A stretch of 32,000 nucleotides of DNA. Source: Erysipelotrichaceae bacterium MTC7. GTDB lineage: Bacteria; Bacillota_I; Bacilli_A; Erysipelotrichales; Erysipelotrichaceae. Where the stretch lies: NCBI GenBank assembly GCA_001695645.1, contig LVZN01000004.1, positions 1 through 32,000 of the forward strand, written 5' to 3'. Shown piece after piece: positions 16,366 to 24,904 of this stretch; the first letter of the stretch is position 1; each line of letters begins with the position of its first letter. The position numbers were made by a program, and so were the translations under genes. The notes under the pieces are model-generated. The model was given only the letters and a program-made list of their open reading frames with translations. It did no database searches and had not been told where the DNA came from.

Positions 16366-17262
16366 CTATGCTTTTAAGAACGCAAGTGCTGCAGCCCCTA
16401 AGAGTCCACTGTCTTCATTTAGATTTGATGTTTCTACTTTGATGTATGCATCAAATCCAGGTAATACTTTTTCTTTTACACGACGTTCAACGTCTTCAAC
16501 AAATCCCTCGATCTTTAAGGCAACACTTCCACCCAAAATAAAGATATCTGGATCTTCAACTGCAAAGATCATCGCGATTGCATTTGCTAAGTATTCCTTT
16601 GCATCTTCCATGATACTTGTTGCTTTTTCATTTCCTTGCACAGCTAGATCATTGACTTCCCCAGCATGCGCGACTTGTAAACCTGCTTCACGAGCACGAT
16701 TTACAATGGCGGTTCCACTACTAATCGCTTCCAAAGCACCACTTGTTAAAATGGAGTGTTTTGGTCCATTTGGTAAGACAATCATGTTGCAAACCTCATT
16801 AGCCTGTCCGTGTGCACCTTGCATGATATGCTTATCAACAACATAACCTGAACCAATCCCGGTCGATATCGTAAGGAAATGAACAAAGCGATACGCTTTT
16901 CCTTTTCCAACAGTCGCTTCGGCTAAACAAGCCAAATTGGCATCGTTTTCCAAATAGACACGTACGCCACAACGTTTTTCTAGTTCAGCAACAATCGGGT
17001 AATGATACCACTGCTCTCCTAGGTTTACAGCCATCCCAATCTTTCCATTTAGCAAATCCATGGGTCCTGCACATGATAAGCCAATTCCTACAATCTCGCG
17101 GTTAAAGTCATTTACCGTTTGTCCAATTTTATCTAACATGATCGCTGGGTCTGCTTTCTGTGTAGCAAACTCAATGCGTTCAATCACTTGATACATTTCA
17201 TCAATAAGGGCAATCCTTGTATTGGTTCCACCCATGTCAATTCCTACTGCGTATTTCATCAC
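16366..17262 (-). CDS. ROK family sugar kinase (paralogue 2)
   Basis: 298 aa with GIDMGGTNTR and ENDANLA. It aligns without gaps over most of its length to paralogue 1, at roughly 55-60% identity by eye. The start could be the second ATG at 17259. Confidence 0.85.
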   Translation of the reverse strand: MMKYAVGIDMGGTNTRIALIDEMYQVIERIEFATQKADPAIMLDKIGQTVNDFNREIVGIGLSCAGPMDLLNGKIGMAVNLGEQWYHYPIVAELEKRCGVRVYLENDANLACLAEATVGKGKAYRFVHFLTISTGIGSGYVVDKHIMQGAHGQANEVCNMIVLPNGPKHSILTSGALEAISSGTAIVNRAREAGLQVAHAGEVNDLAVQGNEKATSIMEDAKEYLANAIAMIFAVEDPDIFILGGSVALKIEGFVEDVERRVKEKVLPGFDAYIKVETSNLNEDSGLLGAAALAFLKA

Positions 17263-17296
17263 TAATTACCTACCCTTCACCACCTTTATAACATAG

Positions 17297-17352
17297 AAAA
17301 GGAGCGAAAACAATACTTGGTATATACCAATTTGATTTTCGCCCCTTTTTTT
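17297..17352. terminator. Composite bidirectional-looking terminator after the pepT-tex-SGNH unit
   Basis: 10-bp outer stem GGAGCGAAAA (17301-17310) / TTTTCGCCCC (17336-17345) encloses a perfect 14-nt palindrome TTGGTATATACCAA (17317-17330). T7 follows on the plus strand and TTTTCT on the minus strand. Confidence 0.65.
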
Positions 17353-17358
17353 GCTTAT

Positions 17359-18000
17359 TTATTCATAAATATAAGGTTTTAATAATGATGCAAATTTATC
17401 GTATCCCATCGTATTGAGGTGCAACCCATCCGTTGTATATTCTGGATTCAACTCCCCATCTTTTAAGAACTCTGGATGCATATTGATGTATTTAACCACC
17501 GCTCCATCAAAGTTTAATGCAAGTTCTTTATACTCTTGCCCTAAGATCCATAACGAACGATTGTTACGGTTATTTGTAACTGCGTTTTTACCGACTGGTA
17601 ATGGTGAAATGATATAGATTTCTTCAATGTGATAGTTACGCTCAAAGATCGAAAGCAATGTATTTACATTAAAGGCAATATCAAGGACATCTCCTTGATG
17701 AATATGACCTGCAACATGTTCACCATGTTTTTCATTCAAGTCATTGGTACCCACCATTAAAAATAATTTCTTTGGCTTGTACAACTTCACTGCATAATCA
17801 TGTAAATACAACAATTGTCGACTTGTTGCTCCATACATCGCATTGTTATAAATCTTTACGTCAGGAAAGTAATGTTCATTATTGAACTCACTTAAAATCG
17901 CATGCCCAAATAAGACAATCTCATCTGGATTTGCTTCATAACCCTTGTCTTGAATCTCTTTTACTCGTTCTTCTTGGTAGTCAAAATACACGTTTTCCAT
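17359..18000 (-). CDS. SGNH/GDSL-hydrolase-fold protein (PAF-acetylhydrolase-like subgroup) with atypical block I
   Basis: 213 aa. Block III GTNDL and block V DGLHLN are present, but block I reads LFGHAIL where GDS is expected. The ATG overlaps the tex stop (TAATG). Confidence 0.7.
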   Translation of the reverse strand: MENVYFDYQEERVKEIQDKGYEANPDEIVLFGHAILSEFNNEHYFPDVKIYNNAMYGATSRQLLYLHDYAVKLYKPKKLFLMVGTNDLNEKHGEHVAGHIHQGDVLDIAFNVNTLLSIFERNYHIEEIYIISPLPVGKNAVTNNRNNRSLWILGQEYKELALNFDGAVVKYINMHPEFLKDGELNPEYTTDGLHLNTMGYDKFASLLKPYIYE

Positions 18001-20138
18001 TATGTCCCCCTTATAGTTAACTGCACTTTGTGCTTTTCTTCATCCTTCTTATAAACCCACACTTTAATAATGTCTCCAATACTGAGCACATCACTTGGGT
18101 GTTTCACTCTTTTTTCACTCAATTGTGAAATATGAATGAGCCCATCCTCTTTTAATCCTATATCAACAAAGGCCCCAAAGTCTACTACATTGCGCACAAC
18201 TCCCTCAAAAACATCTCCAACTTTGATATCTTCAAACGAAAGTACGTCTTGTCTGAGTAGAGGTGCATCGTATTTATCACGATAATCACGTAGTGGTGTG
18301 ATAATTGAATCAAGAATATCATCTAACGTATAGGCATCAGTCCCCACAATGCCTGCTAAAGTTACACGATTGATTTGATTTACCGCTTCTTTGGCTTTCT
18401 CGCTTCCCATATCCCCTACTTCAAGTTGCAATTCTGACAATACTTTTTTTGCAATGTCGTAACTTTCCGGGTGAATGGGTGTGCGGTCTAGTGGTTGTTT
18501 TCCATCTTCGATACGTAAGAATCCAGCAGCTTGTTCAAATGCTTTTGGTCCAATCTTTGGAATTTTCTTAATTTGGGTACGCGAAGTAATCGGCCCTTCT
18601 TTTTCACGGTAGTCCACAATACTTTTTGCACTAGCCAATGTGAGTCCTGCAACATTACTCAACAGCGTTGCACTTGCTTGGTTGATGTTAACCCCTACTA
18701 AGTTTACCGCTTTTTCAACAACGAAGTTTAAACGCTCTTTTAGTTTACTCACAGGTAAGTCGTGTTGGTATTGTCCAACGCCAATGCTTTGTGGATCAAT
18801 TTTAATCAGTTCACTTAGTGGATCTAACAATCTTCTAGCAATCGAGATGGCACTACGCTCTTCTACATGTAGTTTAGGAAATTCATCAATGGCAAGCTTG
18901 CTCGCACTGTAAACAGAAGCTCCTGCTTCACTAACCAATGTAAAGGCCACTGGCAATTGGTACTCTTTGATGACTTGTGAAACAAAGCGTTCGCTTTCTC
19001 GACTGGCAGTTCCATTTCCAATTGCAATCAAGTCAATCTTGTATGTTTTTACTAATTCAACTAATGTCTTTGTTGCTTCTTTCACTTTATTGACAGGTTG
19101 ATGTGGATAAATCACCGCAATGGTTTCCATCTTTCCTGTCTCATCCACAACCGCAAGTTTACACCCCGTCCGGAAGGCTGGATCAAAACCGAGAATGGTT
19201 TTGTTTTTCATCGGTGGTTGCAGCAACAATTTTTCTAAGTTTAAGGAAAACACATCAATACTTGCATCGTGTGCTTTTTCACTTAGTTCACTACGCACCA
19301 TTCGTTCAATGCTTGGAAATGCCAAGCGTTTACAGCCATCTAGTATGGCATCTTTCACGTAGGCAACACTTGCACTGTTTTCCCATTTGGCAAAGCGTGT
19401 AAACAACCAATTTTGAATGTACTCTTCATTGATTTCAATGGATACACTAATGACTTTTTCTTTTTCCGCACGATCAATTGCCATAATATTGTGTGGTTGC
19501 AAACTTGATACACGACCTTCAAAGGCATAGTACATTTGGTACACCTTCTTTTCATCATCGTGATCCTTTTTCGCTTTTGTCACAAGCTTTCCATAATTTG
19601 CCATGGAATCGTAAATCTTATTCCGTACATTTTGCTTATCCGTAATTCTTTCTGCAATGATATCTTTGGTTCCTTGAATAAGGGTATCTTTATCAGGATA
19701 CGCGTCACAAGCAAACTGCATAATTTCATCATCAGTTAATGTTTTTGGTAAACGTAAAAACAAATCCGCCAACGGTTCTAGACCTGCTGCAATGGCAAGC
19801 CCTGCTCTTGTTTTCTTCTTTTGTTTGTATGGACGATATATATCCTCTACTTGACTGAGTTTCTTAGCTGCATGTACTTCAGCAACAATGGCATCAGTCA
19901 ATTTTCCTTTTTCTTCAATCAAACGTAAAACATCTTCTTTACGCTTTTCTAGTTGTACTTGATAGTTGTACATTTCGCTAAGTTCACGAATTTGTTCCTC
20001 ATCAAGTCCTTTTGTCATTTCTTTACGATACCTTGCAATAAAAGGCACTGTATTTCCTTCTTCAAGCAGACTCAAGGTTGTTTGCACCTGTGCTTCTGTT
20101 ATTTGTAGTTGCTTTGCAACTGCTGCTATTTGATTCAT
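18000..20138 (-). CDS. tex: Tex-like transcription accessory protein (YqgF/RuvC-like + HhH + S1 domains)
   Basis: 712 aa. The N-terminus is the Tex signature TVPFIARYRKE. The C-terminal S1 domain reads GDVFEGVVRNVVDFGAFVDIGLKEDGLIHISQLS. The ATG overlaps the pepT stop (ATGA). Confidence 0.9.
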   Translation of the reverse strand: MNQIAAVAKQLQITEAQVQTTLSLLEEGNTVPFIARYRKEMTKGLDEEQIRELSEMYNYQVQLEKRKEDVLRLIEEKGKLTDAIVAEVHAAKKLSQVEDIYRPYKQKKKTRAGLAIAAGLEPLADLFLRLPKTLTDDEIMQFACDAYPDKDTLIQGTKDIIAERITDKQNVRNKIYDSMANYGKLVTKAKKDHDDEKKVYQMYYAFEGRVSSLQPHNIMAIDRAEKEKVISVSIEINEEYIQNWLFTRFAKWENSASVAYVKDAILDGCKRLAFPSIERMVRSELSEKAHDASIDVFSLNLEKLLLQPPMKNKTILGFDPAFRTGCKLAVVDETGKMETIAVIYPHQPVNKVKEATKTLVELVKTYKIDLIAIGNGTASRESERFVSQVIKEYQLPVAFTLVSEAGASVYSASKLAIDEFPKLHVEERSAISIARRLLDPLSELIKIDPQSIGVGQYQHDLPVSKLKERLNFVVEKAVNLVGVNINQASATLLSNVAGLTLASAKSIVDYREKEGPITSRTQIKKIPKIGPKAFEQAAGFLRIEDGKQPLDRTPIHPESYDIAKKVLSELQLEVGDMGSEKAKEAVNQINRVTLAGIVGTDAYTLDDILDSIITPLRDYRDKYDAPLLRQDVLSFEDIKVGDVFEGVVRNVVDFGAFVDIGLKEDGLIHISQLSEKRVKHPSDVLSIGDIIKVWVYKKDEEKHKVQLTIRGT

Positions 20139-21388
20139 ACGTTCTCCACTTTACTCGTCATTACATTCTTTAAAACTTCGACCATTTGCTTCATATCATC
20201 GATGCAAAGGTATTCATATTTTCCATGGAAATTGTCGCCTCCAGTTCCTAAGTTTGGCGTCAACAAGCCTTCATAGGATAAACGAGCTCCATCTGTACCA
20301 CCACGAATTGGTTCATAGTGAACAGGAATTCCCATCTCTTGCATAATTAAGCGGACATCATCCACGATGTACATACGCTCTTGAAAGAGTTCAGCCATAT
20401 TGTAGTAACTATCTTCTATATGCACCTTCACCGTGTTTTCACCATAGGTTTCATTCATCGCATCACGCACCGCATAGAAATCTTGTTTTTGTTGCTCAAA
20501 TTTTTGACGGTCATGGTTACGAATGATGTATTCCATACTTGCTTCTTCACTTTGTCCATGCAACACGGTCAAATGGTTGAAGCCTTCATACCCTTCTGTT
20601 TTTGCCGGGTCAAGTTCCAATGGTAATGCGACATGAAATTCCATCGCAAGTTTACTGGCGTTAATCAATTTATCTTTAGCACTTCCTGGATGAATGCTAT
20701 TTCCTTGAATTTCTACTTTTGCACTTGCAGCATTGAAGTTTTCAAAACTAATCACATCAATTTCTGCACCATCAAGCGTGTAGGCATAATCCGCCTGTAA
20801 CATCTTTACATCCACATGATCTGCTCCATGTCCGATTTCCTCATCAGGCGTAAATACAATTTTTAAAGTTGGATGTTTCGCATCTGGATTTTCTTTGTAA
20901 TGTTGAAGTAAATCCATAATAATACTAATACCAGCTTTATCATCTGCCCCTAATAACGTTGTTCCATCCGTAACAATGAGATCTTTTCCAACATAACGTT
21001 TTAAGTTTGGAAACATCTTCGTATCCATCGTAATGTCCAATTGTTCATGTAAAATGATGGGTTGCCCATCGTATTGTTTTACAATTCGCGGTTTTACATC
21101 TTTTCCACTCATGTCAAAGCTTGTATCCATGTGTGCAATTAAGCCTATGGTATCAAAATCACCTTCAACATTACTTGGCAGTGTGCCATAAACGACACCA
21201 TATTCACTTAAGAATACATCCTGCAAACCAAACTCTTGTAATTCTTTTTCTAACACTTTTGCAAGTTCCAACTGACTTTTGGTTGATGGAACACTTTTAC
21301 TAAGTGGGTCTGATGTTGTTTCCATCGTTGCATAAGCGATAAAACGATCAACTATATTCATATTTTTGTTTGTACCTTTCCTTATCAT
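20135..21388 (-). CDS. pepT: Peptidase T (tripeptide aminopeptidase, M20B)
   Basis: It carries M20 metal-ligand motifs (IAHMDT, DDKAGISIIM, FTPDEEIGHGA). The alternative start at 21361 (MNIVDRFIAYA...) resembles known PepT N-termini and has AGGAAAGG 13 nt upstream. The start is therefore uncertain by 27 nt. Confidence 0.85.
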   Translation of the reverse strand: MIRKGTNKNMNIVDRFIAYATMETTSDPLSKSVPSTKSQLELAKVLEKELQEFGLQDVFLSEYGVVYGTLPSNVEGDFDTIGLIAHMDTSFDMSGKDVKPRIVKQYDGQPIILHEQLDITMDTKMFPNLKRYVGKDLIVTDGTTLLGADDKAGISIIMDLLQHYKENPDAKHPTLKIVFTPDEEIGHGADHVDVKMLQADYAYTLDGAEIDVISFENFNAASAKVEIQGNSIHPGSAKDKLINASKLAMEFHVALPLELDPAKTEGYEGFNHLTVLHGQSEEASMEYIIRNHDRQKFEQQKQDFYAVRDAMNETYGENTVKVHIEDSYYNMAELFQERMYIVDDVRLIMQEMGIPVHYEPIRGGTDGARLSYEGLLTPNLGTGGDNFHGKYEYLCIDDMKQMVEVLKNVMTSKVENV

Positions 21389-21508
21389 AACCTGTATTTC
21401 AACCGAACTTACACCTATTTTATGATCGCAAAGATCTGTGTTTATTCGGATAATATCTCGTTTTTATTATACGATAAAATCGATAAAAGTGGTAAAAATG
21501 CGTGCAAA

Positions 21509-21517
21509 TGTTATACT
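21509..21517 (+). promoter_or_regulatory. Extended -10 promoter element TGTTATACT placed for a leaderless transcript
   Basis: TG-N-TATACT ends at 21517. Exactly 6 nt separate it from the A of the ATG at 21524. No purine-rich SD occurs in the 20 nt upstream of that ATG. Confidence 0.35.
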
Positions 21518-21523
21518 TATTAT

Positions 21524-22258
21524 ATGAAAACGATATTATTATTTGGACAAATTACGGAGTTCTTTGAGCAATTGCTACATACCATTGATGTGGATGACAT
21601 CTTTGGCATTGGGTTTTTCCTTTTAATTATGTTTGGTGGTATCATCTCTGGAACCATCAAAAACGCAAGTGCAAAACAAAAACGCAAAGATTATCAAACC
21701 AAGTTTGTCCCTGACGAAATGAAACGTCAACAAGTAAAAGTTGATTTAACAAGTACGCGTAGAAGCGCATCTAAACAACCACGCAGAAAAGACGCACCAA
21801 AACAAAACAAAGGTTTTTTCACACAAATTAGTGAAGCCATTCAAGCTGGAATTGATGAAGCAAACGGAAAGACGGTCAAGCAAGTTGTTAACATGTACAA
21901 GCCAAATTCGCAAGCACAAAGCGTGCATATGGATGTAGCAAACAATGATGCAACCGCAATGCAACAAGATATCTATAACGAACGTAATCGTGCATACGAG
22001 GCGAAAAAGAAGTTCGAGAAAAAACATCCGCAAGCACACGAACAAAGCATTCTTGAAACAACCATGGATCAGCACGAGCAAAATGTACTCGATGCAGAAA
22101 GTGCATATACAGCAGCTTACGATACACGCATGGAAAATGACTATCGCATGTTTGCTTGGGAACCGGTTGTCCCAAAAGAAGCAAAAGCCGCAGAGCCTGC
22201 AATCGAAGCAGAACCTGCATTATCCGTAGAAGAAGAAAAAGGTTGGATTATCATTTGA
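21524..22258 (+). CDS. Hypothetical protein: N-terminal TM anchor plus Lys/Gln/Glu/Ala-rich low-complexity region
   Basis: The ORF track starts at 21422. I favour the ATG at 21524 (MKTILLFGQ...). There is one hydrophobic segment IFGIGFFLLIMFGGIISGTI, and the rest looks charged and disordered. I recognise no family. The choice of frame and start is uncertain. Confidence 0.45.
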   Translation: MKTILLFGQITEFFEQLLHTIDVDDIFGIGFFLLIMFGGIISGTIKNASAKQKRKDYQTKFVPDEMKRQQVKVDLTSTRRSASKQPRRKDAPKQNKGFFTQISEAIQAGIDEANGKTVKQVVNMYKPNSQAQSVHMDVANNDATAMQQDIYNERNRAYEAKKKFEKKHPQAHEQSILETTMDQHEQNVLDAESAYTAAYDTRMENDYRMFAWEPVVPKEAKAAEPAIEAEPALSVEEEKGWIII

Positions 22259-22276
22259 TAATCACAACCTTTTTTT
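22241..22276. terminator. Bidirectional terminator shared by convergent genes
   Basis: The stem is GGTTG+GATTATCA (22241-22253) paired with TGATAATC+A+CAACC (22256-22269). It spans the plus-strand stop codon (22256-22258). T7 follows on the plus strand and TTTTTCTTCT on the minus strand. Confidence 0.7.
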
Positions 22277-23027
22277 ATATATGTGTATCGATAATCTTAG
22301 CGACATCATCAATGACATCACGAGCGATATCTTGAATATCTGCTGTAGCATTTACCATCGTGTAACCATGATAATCCTTGATCATTTGCACATCGTTTTG
22401 TCCATCCCCTACGACCATGACATCACTTGCTTGAGTGAGTTTGTTTTCAACTAGCCAATGCACACCCGTTGACTTATTACTACCCAATCCATTGATATCG
22501 ATTGAGTCAATATTTTTATTAATGGCAATTCGATCGCCATATTTTGCTTCTAATTGTGCAGCGATTCCATCCATTTTCTCAACATTTTCAAACAATAAAT
22601 CAATTCCATAATAATCGTGTTGATCAATGTCTGCAACTTGAATCGTGTTGGTGTAGTAATTACGGTCAGTTACCTTTTTACCTTCCACCAAGTAGCGATC
22701 TTCCAATCCAGACAAAATGTAATATAGACTATCTTTGACAATTGGGTCTTCAACGATTTGTTTGACCAAAGAACCAGCAATACTTGCTTCATGTAAGGGT
22801 TGATAGTTTGCATCATAAATCACACCACCATTATTGCAAATGGCATAATCAAAAGGAATGTTTAGCTTATCTACATCGCGTCGTAAGATCCAAAGATCAC
22901 GACCTGTCACAAAAGCAAACACATGTCCTGCTTTACGCCAAGCTGCAATTGCATCAATTGTACTTTGTTTCATTTCTCCATGGGAATGGATTAACGTTCC
23001 ATCCACATCACTTGCTAATAGTTTCAT
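22275..23027 (-). CDS. Cof-type HAD-IIB family hydrolase (sugar phosphatase)
   Basis: 250 aa with motif I SDVDGTL, FAFVTGR, and motif IV GDGQNDVQM. Confidence 0.85.
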   Translation of the reverse strand: MKLLASDVDGTLIHSHGEMKQSTIDAIAAWRKAGHVFAFVTGRDLWILRRDVDKLNIPFDYAICNNGGVIYDANYQPLHEASIAGSLVKQIVEDPIVKDSLYYILSGLEDRYLVEGKKVTDRNYYTNTIQVADIDQHDYYGIDLLFENVEKMDGIAAQLEAKYGDRIAINKNIDSIDINGLGSNKSTGVHWLVENKLTQASDVMVVGDGQNDVQMIKDYHGYTMVNATADIQDIARDVIDDVAKIIDTHI

Positions 23028-23124
23028 ACATACTCACCTTAAATCACTTTCTTATATTGAAATAACATATCATAGTTTCCATTCTATATGAAATGCAATG
23101 TATATGAAAGATGTTTAGGCAAAT

Positions 23125-23148
23125 ATAAAAAGCCTGGTCGCCCAGGCT
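23125..23148 (-). terminator. Terminator of the Fru-type PTS/aldolase operon
   Basis: Perfect 7-bp GC-rich stem AGCCTGG (23131-23137) / CCAGGCT (23142-23148) with a 4-nt loop, followed on the minus strand by TTTTTATATTT. It starts 5 nt after the aldolase stop. Confidence 0.8.
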
Positions 23149-23153
23149 ACATA

Positions 23154-24020
23154 TTATTTATAGAGATTTGCTTTATTGTTTGCTTTAAACAAACGAATTT
23201 TGTTTGATACAACTTCTCTGCATGCTTTAATTGGTTCTGGATATATTTCAAGTGGTTCTCTATATTCAGGATGTGCACTAAGCACTTCCCGTGTTTTTTC
23301 ATAAAATGCGACTTTGATATCACTTGAGATATTTATTTTTTGTACGCCAATTTCTACTGCCTTAGATATCTCTTCATCTTTGTTTGATGAACCTCCATGC
23401 AATACTAATGGAATGTTAACTGTATTTTTAATTTCTTCTAAAATATCAAGACGTAACTCAGGTTTCATATCACTTGGATAAATACCATGTGCAGTTCCAA
23501 TGGCTACTGCAAGAGTATCAACTCCTGTTTTATCAACAAAATCTTTCGCTTGAGACGGATCTGTATAAATTACATCTTTCGTTCCACCCTCTATCGAATT
23601 ACCTGTAATACCAATTGTCCCCAATTCTGCTTCCACAGATACGTTTTTTGGATGTGCAAGTGCAACGACTTCTTGTGATATTTTAATGTTTTCTTCATAA
23701 GGCACTTTTGATGCATCAATCATGACTGATGTGAACCCTGCAGCAATTGCTCGTTCTACAATTCCCATTTCATCTCCATGATCCAAATGAATAACAACTG
23801 GAATGTCCACACGCTTTGCTTCATAGATCATAGCTTGGATTAAACTCTCCTCAACAAAACGCAACTCATCTGGGGATAACTCAAGAATCACTGGAGCATT
23901 TTGTGCAACCGATTCTTGAATAACTGCCTTTAGCAACTGTTCACTTCCAATATTGAACGCGGGTACCGCAAATCCATTTTCTTTAGCTACCTTTAGAAGG
24001 TCTTTCATATTCATTAACAT
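23154..24020 (-). CDS. Class II ketose-bisphosphate aldolase (FbaA/GatY/KbaY family), paralogue B
   Basis: 288 aa. The zinc and catalytic motifs are retained: VIHLDHGDE, AIGTAHGIY, LVLHGGSS. SD GAGGA lies 7 nt upstream. Confidence 0.85.
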   Translation of the reverse strand: MLMNMKDLLKVAKENGFAVPAFNIGSEQLLKAVIQESVAQNAPVILELSPDELRFVEESLIQAMIYEAKRVDIPVVIHLDHGDEMGIVERAIAAGFTSVMIDASKVPYEENIKISQEVVALAHPKNVSVEAELGTIGITGNSIEGGTKDVIYTDPSQAKDFVDKTGVDTLAVAIGTAHGIYPSDMKPELRLDILEEIKNTVNIPLVLHGGSSNKDEEISKAVEIGVQKINISSDIKVAFYEKTREVLSAHPEYREPLEIYPEPIKACREVVSNKIRLFKANNKANLYK

Positions 24021-24037
24021 TTAACTTTCCTCTTTCT

Positions 24038-24892
24038 TTATAACGATTTCCCATTAGATTTAGACAATCTAATGTAGTGTTTTACAATTTCTTTACTATC
24101 TTTCTCTACTTGATGCATCATTACCCAATAGTTTATTTCCGGATCTTTCTTCAAGTGTTTTTTAATGCTATCAACATTTGCATTCATAAAATCACAGCCG
24201 ACATTTATCTTATTAATTCCAAATTCTACTGCATTTTTTATATTTTCATCACCCGAACCTGAACCTCCGTGTAAAACCAAAGGCATTGATGTCGCTTCTT
24301 TAATTTCCTTTAGACGTGCAAAATCAAACTCAGGATGGTATCCTTCTGGATAATTTCCATGTGAAGTCCCAATTGATATTGCAAGAGCATCAATACCAGT
24401 TTTAGTGGCAAACAATCGTGCTTCTTGTGGATTAGTTAACATGGAATCACTTGTATATTTACCACCTTCACTTCCACCCATACATCCAATTTCACCCTCA
24501 ACACTTACACCATATGCAGCAGCAAACTCAGTAATTTGTTTTGTCATTCTTATGTTTCCATCTAAGTCAAAGCGTGAAGCATCAACCATCACCGAAGAGA
24601 ATCCATCAATTATACATTTTTTGATAATCGCTATTTCTTCTCCATGATCTAAGTTAAGAGCTACTTCAACACTTGCTCTTTCTGCAAGTTTTCTAACAAT
24701 TGGTGCAATTAATTCACTATCCGCATGATGTACTAAGTGTTCTTGCACAATGTTGATAATAATTGGAGCACGTTCTTCTTGTGCTGCAGCAATGACTGCC
24801 CTTGCTGTTTCGATATTGAAACAGTTTATTGCCATTACAGCATAATTACCTTCGTTTGCGCGTTGCAGCATATCCTTCATTGAGACATACAT
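24038..24892 (-). CDS. Class II ketose-bisphosphate aldolase (FbaA/GatY/KbaY family), paralogue A
   Basis: 284 aa. Motifs retained: ALNLDHGEE, SIGTSHGNY, LVLHGGSGSG. Confidence 0.85.
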   Translation of the reverse strand: MYVSMKDMLQRANEGNYAVMAINCFNIETARAVIAAAQEERAPIIINIVQEHLVHHADSELIAPIVRKLAERASVEVALNLDHGEEIAIIKKCIIDGFSSVMVDASRFDLDGNIRMTKQITEFAAAYGVSVEGEIGCMGGSEGGKYTSDSMLTNPQEARLFATKTGIDALAISIGTSHGNYPEGYHPEFDFARLKEIKEATSMPLVLHGGSGSGDENIKNAVEFGINKINVGCDFMNANVDSIKKHLKKDPEINYWVMMHQVEKDSKEIVKHYIRLSKSNGKSL

Positions 24893-24904
24893 TATGATTA
24901 CCTC

